Shown one piece after another: positions 13,001 to 25,976 of a stretch of 64,000 nt of DNA (its first letter is position 1; each line of letters opens with the position of its first letter). The notes under the pieces were generated by a model. That model made no database searches and was not told the origin of the DNA. It saw only the letters and a program-made list of their open reading frames with translations. This DNA is from Octopus sinensis (lineage: Eukaryota): NCBI RefSeq assembly GCF_006345805.1, contig NC_042998.1, forward strand, positions 95,976,001-96,040,000, in the 5' to 3' direction. Position numbers and translations under genes: made by a program.

Positions 13001-15133
13001 TAGTATAGGGGTAAGAGTATAATTCACAATAATATGAATAATATTTCATTATCAATTATATTGTGTGTGTATCTTTTCTTTTTAAAAATAGGTAACAAAT
13101 TTGTAAGCGACAATATTATCATGAACATGACAACCAGGAAAATATCAGGTAACATAAAAACCATGAACTGAATGAATGCTTCAGAAAAACCCCCAAACTA
13201 ATCAGTATGTTGAAGACTACACTTATACCTATACATGCTTTAATTCATTCAGGTCTTCATACCATTTTCTTTGGTAAAATCTAAATTGATGATCTAGATT
13301 GCTTTCCAGTAATATATAAACATATATGCCAATGATAGAGCACATTTCCATTTTCATTTGTCCTGTATTTCATTCACATGCCTTTCTCTCCAGTAACACA
13401 TTCTTTATCAACTAGATTAATCCAAAGCAGCATTCTTAATGGAATTGGGATTTATTCTACAATTCTTCAATGAGATATTTTATCCAGTTCTTGAATAGTG
13501 CAACTCTCCAAATGCATCTTTTGGACATAGCAAACAAAAAGTATTGAGTAATTCATATTTTCCTTCCACTATAGCCCCAGGTTGACCGATGCCTTGTGAG
13601 AGAATTTGGTAAACAGAAACTGCATAAAAGCCTATCGTGTGAGTGTGTGCGTGCATATGTTTATCTTTCAACACCACTTTACAACCAGTGCTGGTTTGTT
13701 TACATCCCCACAGCTTAGCAGTTTGGCAAAAGAGGCCAATAGAATAAGCACCAGTTTTAAAGTAAGTAGTAGCATGGATTTGGTCAACCCTTCAAGACAG
13801 CAACCCAGCATAGCTGTAGTCCAATGATTGAAACAAGTATTGAAGTTTCAAGAATTATTTCCTTATGGTACCTCAGAGTAATAAATAATCTCACCACGTC
13901 ACTTTCAAACAAAGAAAGGCAAAATTTAGGAGAGAAAGTCAGGAGAGAAAAGTAAATGTTTGACAGCATACATTCAGAACAAGATCCAATAGCTTCCTAT
14001 AGCTGTCAGTAAATACTGCTTTGTTTTTTTGCTTTTTTTTTTATATATATTTTTAAAATTCTCATACAATTTGCTTTTTTTTAGTCAGTACCTTAGAGTA
14101 ATACATAATCTCACCATGTTGCTTTCAAATGTAGAAAGACAGGCTAAGAGGTTAAATCTTGAGGGAGAAAAGCAACCGTTTGACAGCATACATTAAGAAT
14201 TGAGATCCAGCAGTTTTTGCAGTTATAATTTTTCTCCCCTGATCCCTTCCTTATATACACCTCCCCACAGATGTCAAACTTCTCTAAGGCTATAACAAAA
14301 AAAAAAAAAAAATTTAAGAAGCTAATTACAAATACAAATATTCATACCTCATACAACCATATATCACTAAACATTGCATGCACAGGTGGAGACTCAGTTA
14401 ATGCATCATAATATGACAAGTGACATGACAGCTAATGTTGGTTGAGCCAAGAAAATTCCTATGTGGTCACTCAACCTGCTAGAAATAACAGCTAAATTTC
14501 ATCCTAACACTTTAAAAAAGAAAACTTTTGATGATAATAAAGGCTGGAGTACAGTATTTTGTAATAAAAAAAAATGCTAGAGAGTCACCATGGAATATTT
14601 TTTTTTATATCACAGGACTGCTCAAAGTTGACTCAAGAGGAAACAACAAAATGATGATGATGAAAAGTTAGTCTGAAACAGGTCACATCATTAATCCAAA
14701 AATCTATTTCATTGGCTGTTTTTTGTCCAAAATTGTTACCATGGTACAATGATGTTTTGGAAACACTATATAAGATTTGTATGAAAGATGGCCCATCAAA
14801 TTTATTACTACATAAAATATTACAACAAAGTATAATGCCCATGTGTTTTAGTATATTAAAGAAAATTTGGCAAACACAAATTAAATGCAACTATAACATT
14901 TAATAAGGCTGTACAGGCTGGTGGCATGTAAAAAGCACCCACTACACTCACGGAGTGGTTGGCATTAGGAAGGGCATCCAGCTGTAGAAATACTGCCAGA
15001 TCAGACTGGAACCTGGTGCAGCCTCCTGGCTTCCCAAACCCCAGTTGAACCATCCAAGCCATGCTAAACAGACGTTAAACAACGATGATATATTTTATTT
15101 ATATTATTATATATATATATATATATATACATA

Positions 15134-15516
15134 TGCCGGTGACACATAAGAAAACACCATCCGAGCGTGGCCGTCTGCCAGCCTTGTCTGGCACCTGTGT
15201 CGGTGGCACATAAAAAACACCATCCGAGCGTGGCCGTCTGCCAGCCTCGTCTGGCACCTGTGTCGGTGGCACATAAAAAACACCATCCGAGCATGGCCGT
15301 CTGCCAGCCTCGTCTGGCACCTGTGTCGGTGGCACATAAAATCACCCACTACACTCTCGGAGTGGTTGGCGTTAGGAAGGGCATCCAGCTGTAGAAACAC
15401 TGCCAGATCTGACTGGCCTGGTGCAGCCTTCGGGCTTGCCAGACCCCAGTTGAACCGTCCAACCCATGCTAGCATGGAAAGCGGACGTTAATCGATGATG
15501 ATGATGATGATGATGA
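15134..15516 (+). mobile_element. Family C retroposon (RTE-like 5'UTR/3' tail) with three 63-bp tandem units
   Basis: 63-bp unit x3 (21-aa period in overlapping ORFs), then GGAGTGGTTGGCGTTAGGAAGGGCATCCAG ... CCCATGCTAGCATGGAAAGCGGACGTT and a (GAT)n tail. Other copies at ~14915, 18578, 23240, 38430, 40695, 41570, 51712, 59577. Confidence 0.8.
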
Positions 15517-15955
15517 TATGTATGTATGTATATACACTAGAAATTTCTTGCCGTTAACTATGGGAAGCATTTTTATATACCAATCTATCTTTTTATGAGG
15601 AATGTCATGTTTGAAACTGCTTTTTATTGAAATATGTCAAGTTTAGTGAGGCAACGTGACTTGCAGAAAATAGTAATTCTATTTTCAGTAGATATTTAAC
15701 ATCATTACAGGAATAACCAGGAAATTTAATTTTGCAGTTAAAAGGTTAACAGTGTGTGTGTGTGCAAACATCTGTGCGTGTAGGCACATGTGTGTGCATT
15801 TGTGTTTGTGTTAGTAAGCCAATAGATACTTGTTCAACGAACTGCAGGTCTGAAAACACACCAAAAAAAAGAATGGTACATTTTTTTTGACAGTACTCTT
15901 GCCCTGCATCCACAGATATCTATGAGTCACTTTCACATTTTTATATATGTAAACC

Positions 15956-15989
<34 letters not shown>

Positions 15990-15993
<4 letters not shown>

Positions 15994-17020
15994 ATCCAAA
16001 CAAGAAAGCACAAAAAAACACAACAACGCGAGGACGTGGAACAAATATAGTATTATTGGATGCTCAGGAAAGAAGGAAAGAAGGAGGGTTTAACGTTTCG
16101 AGCGGAGCTCTTCGTCGGAAACATAGGAGAAGGAAAGATCCAGAGAAGGGAAGACAGAGGAAAAAAAATCGCCAACGGTACACACGAGGTCACATTTTGA
16201 AAGACCGGAAGGAAAAGGGTGAAGAAAGGTGTTTTCAAAGACAGAAGAGTAGTTCTGTCAAAGACAGGAGAATGTGTGTGTAAGTGTGGATATGTGCATG
16301 TGCGGAGGTCTGCATGTGCGTGTGTGTGTATGTGTGCAATAATGACACGTGTGCGTGCATGTGTGTGTGGTTGTGGCTGTTGAACAAAGCGTGTTTGTAG
16401 GGCTAGTAGTGTGAAGATCGAAGAAGGAGTGGTGCCTTTTGTCTATACCACAGGTCAATACTGCTACTTTGAAGTATGTGTGTGTGTGTGTTCGTGTGTG
16501 TATGCATAGAGTTTGTGTGTGTGGCAAATAACTGTGCTTTACTTAGTGTATGTGTGCGTGTGTGCTTGTACGTGCGTATGTGTGTATACATGTATGTATA
16601 ATTGTGTGCCGTGTGTATGGGACGTATGTGTGGGTTCATTTGTGTGTGTGTGTGTGTGTGTGCGTGTCGTATGTGTGTGCGTGTCGTATGTGTGTGCGTG
16701 TCGTATGTGCGTGTAGTTGTGTGTGCGTGTACGTGTGCGTTTGTATGTGTGTGTAAGCGTATATGGGTGTATATACGTGTATCCGTGATGTTGTGAGTTT
16801 TGGGTGTGTGCATTCGTGTGCGTGTGTGCATGCGTATGTTTTTGTGTGCATGTGTGTGTGTGTGTGTCTGTGTCTATATGTGTATACGTAGGTGTATGGG
16901 GGTTGTGCGTGTGTAGGCATATATTGTGTGTGGGTTTTTTGGAGTTGTGTGGGCGTAATGTGTGTGTGTGTGTGCGCTTACGTGCATGTATATGCGTGTG
17001 TGTCTGTGCCCATGTGTGTA
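15990..17020 (-). mobile_element. Non-coding Penelope-like element: hammerhead-bearing terminal segment plus ~0.75 kb degenerate TG-rich body, flanked by (TA)n
   Basis: The first ~220 bp are homologous to 54357-54575. (TA)n on both sides. No intact ORF. Confidence 0.6.
16088..16122 (-). ncRNA. Minimal type-I hammerhead ribozyme-like motif (U4C variant)
   Basis: GUUU-CCGACGA-A-GAGC-UCC-GCUC-GAAAC-GUU-AAAC: stem I GUUU/AAAC, stem II GAGC/GCUC, palindromic loopless stem III. Confidence 0.6.
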
Positions 17021-17069
17021 TATATATATATATATCTGTATTCACCATAATAGATCACTAGCCACTAAA

Positions 17070-17236
17070 CCTTTTTCTATTTTCTCTCCATGTTTATTTC
17101 TATGTTCCTTTCTGTCGAAGAGTGTAGGCTTGAAGCATAAGAGACTTTCTCACTTCCCAAGCATTAAACTAATACATCTGTTTGTTGTTTACACATCCGC
17201 CTTTGTCTTTTGTTTTTTTGTAAATTCTCACTATAT
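17070..17236 (+). mobile_element. Penelope-like terminal-repeat fragment with decayed hammerhead-like motif (17108-17143)
   Basis: CTTT-CTGTCGA-A-GAGT-GTAG-GCTT-GAAGC-ATA-AGAG. Homologous to 29480-29720. Confidence 0.5.
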
Positions 17237-17265
17237 GTGTGTGTGCGTGTGTGTGCATGCGTGTG

Positions 17266-18136
17266 TATGATGTTCAGGCTAAATTTGACTATATTCTATG
17301 TCACTTGTTTTTGTCAGAAACGGCTTAATGCATTGGTGAATAATCAATGGCACTGGAGAGCATAAAGATTAAAGCTCCACGGCAGAAAAAGTTAGCTGGC
17401 ATGGGGGAGTGAAATCCATATGAATATACGGGGATACAGATACCTGTATTATGATGATTCACACAAGGTATCAAAATGCCAACATCATGACTGCTGCTCA
17501 TTGTTCTATAAACACTGTAAAGGTTGTAAGATGTGACAAGAACATCATGGAAACCAAGCTTCCCCCAAACTGTAATGGTTTTTGGCTGTGTCTCCATTCA
17601 AGGTGATGTAATGCCACCTCAGATCTATAAACAGGGCCTTAGGCTCAGTTCAGATGGCTATGTGAAGCTGCTGGAGTCTGTGGTCAAACCTGGCTGGAGA
17701 GGGTTAGAAGGACATATGTGTAGCAACAGGATTTGGCTCCTTATCATACCTCTGGAAAGAGTCAGAGGTGGTCATCAGAGAATTTCTAGTCACCTAATTC
17801 CCTCAATTGTAATCCCATAGATTACTATATGTTAGGTAACACTAAGAAAGGCACAAACTATTCTGTCTGCAACACCAAGGTCGAGCTGGTGGCCAAAATC
17901 AAGGCAGTGTTCAAAGATCTTTCCAAGGACACAGTGAGGAATGAATGCACCAAATTCTGGAGCTGCCCTGAGGCCAGGGTGGAATCTGAGAGCAGCTACC
18001 TTGAGTAAACTTATCTCCCAGCCATAATATAGTTGATAGTTTTTAATTTTCTATCAAAAAGTTTTATTTTTGGATGGGATACTGCATTTTGTTTTCCTTT
18101 CATGCAAACTGTCAAATTTATCCCAAACATCCCGTA
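17266..18136 (+). mobile_element. Decayed Tc1/mariner (maT/DD37D-like) element
   Basis: TIR-like ends tatgatgttcaggctaaatttgac / gtcaaatttatcccaaacatcccgta. Remnants FPQTVMVFGCVS..GDVMPP, YVKLLESVVKP, QQDLAPYHTS, PNSPNCNPIDY. Confidence 0.8.
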
Positions 18137-18279
18137 TATAATATTTCTTCCAATCTTTGCAAATTCTGACTGCCAGCTAATTTCAATAATAATTATCATA
18201 ATCCACATCACTACATTTCTTCTCCCTTTCCATATATTGTGGTGCACCTGAGCACTGTATACAATAATTTCATTATATT

Positions 18280-18311
<32 letters not shown>

Positions 18312-20448
18312 GCTTTGTCTTGTCAGTTGAGTAGAATATATTTCCCTGTTGAGATTTAATAAAACTCAAACATGCTTGTTACTTTTACCAGTCGGCTCTA
18401 AAGAAAAGATCCACTCTTGTGTTGTCCAAAAAAACTTATATTGGGATTATCTCAATTGCTTGTTGTACTGGTAGTTTTCTTGTACTAATTACTTGGATTC
18501 ACTATATTACATGTGTGAGTTCAAGCCAAATTACTTTTAAGTAAGTCTTTAACCATGAAATAACTTGCATAATTTCTGGCATTAGGAAGGGCACCCAGCC
18601 ATAGAAAACCATGCCAAATCAGACTGGAGTTTGGTGCAGCCTTCCAGTGTGCCAGCCCAGTTAAAATGGCCAACCCATGCCAGCATGGACAACAGACGTT
18701 AAATGATGACAATGATGAGGCATGCCTGTTGGGTAAGAAGCTTACTTCTCAACCACATAGTTCAGGGTTCAGTCCCACAGCATGACACCTTGTGCATCTT
18801 CTTTGGTTGGCCTGAAGTCAGCCAAAGCCTTGTGAGTGGATTTGGTTGACGGAAACTGAAAGCTCACTGAGTGCATGTGTGTACCTTTGTGCTTGTGCTC
18901 CCCCCCCCCAACACCACCACCACCACTTGACAGCTGGTGCTGGTGTATTTATGTTTCTTTAACTTAGTCATTAAGCAAAAGGCCCTGATGGAATAAGTAC
19001 CAAGTTTAAAAAAGCAAAAAAAACAAAGTACTGGAGTTGATACATTCAACTAAAAATTATTCATGGTAATGGCCATAGTTCATTGACTGAAACAAGTAAA
19101 AAGATTAAAAAAAAAGATATTTATTCTCTCCCTATTATGTCCACCTTGTAGTTTGACCTTACATCTTTCTCTCTTTCCAGATGGAGAAGCCATGTATTCA
19201 TCTCTTCAACAAGACACTTGGTCCTCTCCCTCTATCATACTTTCATATGCCTCAATAATTCACTTCACTCAGCTGAAGGGGTCTTGTCTTGTAAGTACTT
19301 GATCACCTCACTAATGATGATGTCATGGAAAAAACATCCAGTTCATTCTTAAATAGTGGATATATTTTATGTTTCTATATCAAATCAGCATATACACACA
19401 CACACTCATATACTTATACATACATATATCACAATCGTTTTTACACTCGCTTTTCCATGTTTGCATGGCAGTAGATAGAATTTGTTGAGGTAGAGTTACA
19501 ACTAGATGACTCTAGTATTGTTTATTGCTTGAATACTGTTGTTAACTGGATCAGTAGAACAACTTAGAGTTTTTAATATATTGATAGCAGCTGCTTACAA
19601 TATTTTTTACGTGTGACATTTACATTTGTGTGTGGTAATATCCTAGTTACATTAAGACATATATATGTTGGTAAATATTGATTAGCAAAGTGAAAAACCA
19701 AATTCAAGCTAGATCGCATATGTTCATTTACCAACAGAATCAATGTTTATATATGTGCAATGTACATTTGAGGTGTATTTAAGAAGTGAATCATCAAAAT
19801 CATCATCATTTAATTTCCATGCTGGCTTGGATTCTTGGATTGGACCTTGAATCTACATAGAAACAATTTTCCAGTTTATATATAAGACATATGCAAAGAA
19901 GTTGATTGACAGATCTCAGCTTTATCTCAGATAAAAATAAATCGTGGAAATTATAAAGATAATTTAAGGAACTCTCTCACTCACTCACACACACACATAT
20001 AAAGGTGTAACTGCCTGAAACAGTAAGAACTGGTAAAATTGACTGATGAAAGAAGGCCACAAATGCCTCGTCTTTTTTTTTTCCTGTCAGCCTTTGTATC
20101 GGCTATCTGTCCGAATGTTTTATTGTCCTCTATTGTGTTTTTGTTCCATTTTTTTTAATATTTATATGTGTGTGTGTGTGTATACATACATACAAGTGAA
20201 TGTGTATGTATGTGTGTGTGTATACATACATACAAGTGAATGTGTATGTATGTATGTATCTATCTATCTATACACACACACAAGTAAATGCAAATGGTGT
20301 TTAAAATTTAGAACAGCTGTTTCAGTAGAATTTTATGAATGCATTCATAAAATATTACGTCATAACATATAAACCACTGAACTCTATGTTATTGTACCTG
20401 GCCATTTCTCGAATCCTACTAATGAATCCTTAAAACTAAATCATATTA

Positions 20449-20501
<53 letters not shown>

Positions 20502-20563
20502 CACACACACACACACACACACATAGACACATATAACAGGAATAATAAATATATATATAATAT

Positions 20564-20600
<37 letters not shown>

Positions 20601-22214
20601 GTATACATTTATTCATACATCACACATGTAGTGTTCTTTGTTTTCTAATCTTTCATAAAAATTTGTCCAGCCACGGGGAATATTACCTTACTTGAGAAAC
20701 AAGTGAGAGTTGGTGATAGGTAGGGCATCTGACCATAGAAAACCTGCCTAACAAATTACATCTGATTCATGCAACAATGGAAAAGTGGACATTAAAATTG
20801 ATCATGTGTACATGTGTATGTGTGTTCAAAGAGACACAAAATTATATTTACAAACACATATACACATCATATCATACAGAGGTCTGTTACCTTATCGATT
20901 GATTAACCTTGGAGATTTAGTAGAATCAATGTAAAAGCCACCTGTAAACATATAATCATAAAAATATGCATTAAATATAACTTACATTGGAGCTGGTTGA
21001 CTTTACTAGCAATCTTTTCAATTCCTGTGGATTTTAAGCTACTGCAATTTTTACTCTACTTTGAGAACTGAATTGCCACATAAGATTAGGACAATTCAAA
21101 GTAGTGAGTTTTTGGCATTCCAGGCAAAAAAAATCCATAACTTACTAATTATGCAAGGCATTTTATGATAGAAAAATGCAAATGAATAGAAAGAAGTTGA
21201 TACAGATTAGCAATACTGTTGAAGTATCTTTATTCAGTAAAACATATGTACATACATACATATATGTACATATATACATACATCCGTATACATGTACATA
21301 CATACATACAAATATGTACATACATATAAATATGTACATATGTAAATATACATACAAACGATGATGATGATATGTACATACATATAGATACATATGTACA
21401 TACATATACATACATATGTATATACATATGCATACATATGTACGTACACACATACACACATCTATCAAATCCACTCACAAGGTTTTGTTCGACCCAGGGC
21501 TACAGCAGGAGACCCTTGCCCGTGGTGTTATACAGTAAGATTGAACCTGGAACCATGTCGTTGGGAAACACATTTCTTACCACACAGCCACTCCTGCAGC
21601 TATAATTGGATATTAAAATTCAAAGAGAAGCAGTTCTGAAGAAGAAACATTCTGCATGATGTATTGAGCAAGGCTTTTGAGTACAGTGGAAGGAAGTGAA
21701 AAGATAAAATAGATGTCTTTCAAAAGGAAGACACTAGCTAACTCAAAACTGAATAGACTATTGTAGTAATATAATGAAAGCAAATAGATAATATAGCATA
21801 ACAGAGGAAAGTAGAAGCATTAATGGTGAATGATAATTTGTTAAATATAATTGAATGTACACGAGATACCCGTGAAGTGTAGATCTTTTGCTACAGATCC
21901 TGTTTCTGTGATACTAATTTCCATTTCCAAGTGAATCAAATTAAAATTTTGTTCTATGTTGCAAACACCATCTCAGTAATGGCAGTTAGTTTACTATCAT
22001 CATCATCATCGTTTAACATCCATGGTTTGGATGGCTGGACATAGAGTTGGCCAGTCATAGACATAGTTGTGTGGTCAAGAAGCTCACTTTGAAACCATAT
22101 GGCTTCAGGTTCACTCCACTGCATAGCACCTTGGACAAGTGTCTTCTATTATAGCCCTGGGTCAATTAATGCCTTGTGACTGAATTTCATAGATGAAAAC
22201 TGCATGGAAGCTTG

Positions 22215-22257
<43 letters not shown>

Positions 22258-22517
22258 GATATACACTGGTCCCTTAGCTGACCAGTCACAAATTCTTTCT
22301 CTCCATTCTCCATCCTTACTCCCTTTTAGTCGTTTCAGTCATTTGAATGCAGCCATGCTGGAGCACTGCCCTTTTTTTAGTCGAGCAAATCGACCCTGGG
22401 CTTATTTTTTGTAAGCCTAGTACTTATTCTATCTGTCTCCTTTGCTGAACCGTTAAGTTGTGGGGTCGCAAACACACCAGCATCGGTTGTCAAGCGATGT
22501 TGGGGGAACAAACACAG

Positions 22518-22550
<33 letters not shown>

Positions 22551-24395
22551 CATATATATATACATATATATACAATGGGCTTCTTTTAGTTTCTGTTTAC
22601 CAAATCCACTCACCCCATTACTTTGTGACTAATGATAGCTTGTTTATGTCCCTGTAACTTAACATTTCAGCAAAAGAGGCTAATACAAGTGCCAGTTGTA
22701 AAACATAAGTACAGGGGGTGATTTCAAAGTGGTACCCCAGCATGGTTGCTGTCCAATGACTAAAACAAATAAGAGATAAATGAGAAAAGGTATAGCTCAA
22801 TAGAAATATCGTAATGAAAGGGTTCAAATGGCTTGTAGTCATTTATGTCTCTGGCTTTATAAATGCAATTTTGTGATAAGTCTATAAAAACTTCTAAGGG
22901 ATGTAAACAAACCAACACTGATTGTCAAGCAGTGGGAAGGCTGAAAGAAATGCAAACAAAAAGGCAAACATACATACATACACACATACATACAACAGGC
23001 TTCTTTCATTTTCCATCTACCAAATCCACTCACAAGGCTTTGGTTGGCCCAGGGCTACAGTAGATTCTTTCCCTACAGTGGAACTGAAACCATGTAGTTG
23101 GGAAACAAACTTCTAACCATGTAGCCACACCTGATGAACTTTTTTTTAAATAATAAATCTTATGATGGTCTACAACAATAAAAACTAGACAGAAAATAGA
23201 TATCTCAGCCTCGTAAGTTAAAAATGTATTTGTCCTACATCATAGTCATGGCCGATGCCACTGCCATCTGACTGGCATGTAAAAAGCACCGTTTGAACAT
23301 TGGGCCTCATGGAGGCAGTGACAGGTGACCAAGATCTTTGGCAATATACTGTGCTTGTGTAGAACTATCAAGCCAAATGAGACTGTAGTCGTGGCCGATG
23401 CCGGTGTCAGGTCAATGGCATCCGTGCTGGTGACACATAAAAAACACTCACTATGCTCTTGGAGTGGTTGGCGTTAGAAAGGTCATCCAGCCATAGAAAC
23501 CTTGCCTAATCAGATTGGAACCTGGTGTAGCTGCCCGGCATATCAGTTTCCAGTAAAACCATCCAACCCATGCTAGCATGGAAAGCAAGCATTAAATGAT
23601 GATGATTACTAAGACTGACAGAAATGTTTTTTTGTCCCTAGACTTACTACCATATATGATGTACACATCATCACTATTTTACATCCGATTTCCATGCTGG
23701 CATGGGTTGGATGGTTTATCAATAATTTATTTTGAGGACAATCCTCAAAGATTTATCTTGAGTTTATCATCTTATTCAAATAACAATAGCAAAATTACAA
23801 CCTAATTCTGAATAATGAACAGAAAGTCATTAAGAATAATATAGTCAATTAATGCATTGTTATAACTGTTGCCAACAACACCAATCATCAGAGTAGGAAG
23901 AGAACTGAAGACATGTTACGATAAGAAGAACATGTCATTTAATTGCACAGGAACAATATTGAATGAAGGAGCATCATGTCCTATATTGATAATGGAAGAG
24001 TCAATAACTACTGAAAGCAGCAAATATGTTTTGGTTACTGTTGCAATGACAACCATATTGTAGACAAATGAAACCTTATATCATAAAGAACCAACATTCA
24101 AGTAGCAATTTAAAAAATCTGTTTAGACACCTGCCTTGTCAATTGTCAAAGAGCCAACTTAAGATACAGAGTACATAGCCAATTACCTTTCCTTTCACAG
24201 CATGATAAAGTGATACTAAAAAGAAGAAGTATATAAAAACAATATAATAAGCTAATTTCTTAGGTGACTTTTTTTTTCAACTGTTACTGAGTAGCTGATT
24301 ATTTAAATGAATACATGCATAATTGCTTTACTACTACAAACTCATTACATGGGACATCTTAGTGCACTGTGCATTGACCTGTTATTTTAATTAAG

Positions 24396-25685
24396 TACAG
24401 TAAAACCTTGCAGTTTGAGTGCACCATTGTATGAGTAATTTGCTGTAGAGGTTGAGGCTCATGCAAATTTCTGGTCTTGAAGTAGGAGCAGAAATCCACA
24501 GTATGAGCGAGTTTCATACAAGCAGCTGGTAGTTGGCGCTGAGCTTGCACATGCTCTCCCAACAAGCACAGTCTCCACTCACTCAATTCATGTGTTTATC
24601 TCACTGTGGTAGCATCCCTATTGTGTTTTTTTCCCAATGTTTTTGTTTAGCTTTGTGCATTTTTTGCTATTATTTTATAATAATTAGTTGTGTTAGCCAT
24701 CTATCCTAAGAAGATTAGTGCAGAGGAGAGTGCTGAGAAGAAGGAAAAACTGATTATGATAGAAATGAAGAAGGAAATCATTGATAAACATGAGAAAGGA
24801 GTGTGTGTAGTGGACATAGCACATCAATATGACCGAAGAATGTCGATGATCTGCACCATCCTGAAGAAAAAGGATGAGATCAAAGCCATTACATCAGTAA
24901 AGGATGTCTCCAGGCTCTCTAAGCAACACACATCTGTCCACGAAAGGATGGAAAAATTGCTTCTCCTGTGGATCAATGAGAAGCATCTCACTGGGAATAT
25001 GATTATGGAGACCATCATCTGTGAGAAAGCACAAGCGCTGTATGGGGATCTGCTGAAGCAGAACCCTGGAACATCAATGGAGCAAACATCAGCAAATGCA
25101 TTTAAGGCCAGTCATGGCTGGTTTGATAATTTCAAGAAGAGGACTGGTGTTCATAGCACCGTCAGGTATGGAGAAGTAGCAAGTTCTGATGTGAAGGTAG
25201 CCAAAGATTTTGTATGCGAACTCCATCAGCTCATTGCAGCTGAGGGGTACATAGCATAACAGGTATTCAACTGTGATGAAACTGACCTGTTTTGGAAAAA
25301 AAATGCCCAGAAGAACCTACATAACTGTAGAGGAGAAGAAAATGCCATGCCACAAGCCTATGAAAAATAGGCTAACTCTTGTCCTTTGTGCCAATGTGAG
25401 TGGAGGCTTGAAGATTAAGGTGCTCCTAGTCTATCATTCCAAAAACTCACATGCGTTCAAGTCACACAAAGTGGATGAGAAGCTGCAGGTCATGTGGAAG
25501 GCAAATGTTCAAGCCTGGTGATGAGGCAACTTTTCTCCAAGTGAGTCAATCTTGTCTTCAGACCAGCAGTGAAAAGTACCTTCTGGAGAACAATCTTCTC
25601 AAGGCTCTCTTCATCCTTGACAATGCTCCTACTCATCCTCCTAACCTTGAAGATGATATCCTGGACAAAATTAAATTTATGGGCA
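24396..25685 (+). mobile_element. Tigger/pogo (TIGD1-like) DNA transposon relic, 3'-truncated
   Basis: TA-CAGTAAAACCT left end. ORF 24690-25259 has HTH/CENP-B motifs (IEMKKEII, ICEKA, FKASHGWFDNFKKR), then a stop and frameshifted VFNCDE, KKMPRRTYI, KPMKNRLTLVLCAN, ILDNAPTHP. No right TIR seen. Confidence 0.9.
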
Positions 25686-25943
25686 ATGGTCAGTGTTGGT
25701 CTTCCTCTATTACGAGTAGACAACCATATATACATATGTATGTGTATAAACACTATATGCCTCTGAAGCTAATGTATGTATACACACACACATATGTATG
25801 TATATGTGTATATATAAACTGATCCCAGTGCTTGTGTTATTAAGTTTGGTACTTATTCTGTTGGCGCTTTTACTAAACTGCTAACTTACATTGATGTAAA
25901 CAAACCCACACCAGTTGTCAAGTGATGCAGGGGGGAGGAGGTG

Positions 25944-25954
<11 letters not shown>

Positions 25955-25976
<22 letters not shown>

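Noticed and set aside
23869-24063. 64-aa ORF in non-repeat sequence
   Set aside because: Non-ATG start, no motif, and a length expected by chance.
24690-25259. Domesticated TIGD/CENP-B host gene
   Set aside because: Premature stop, frameshifts, 3' truncation and a retained TA-CAGT terminus indicate a dead transposon.
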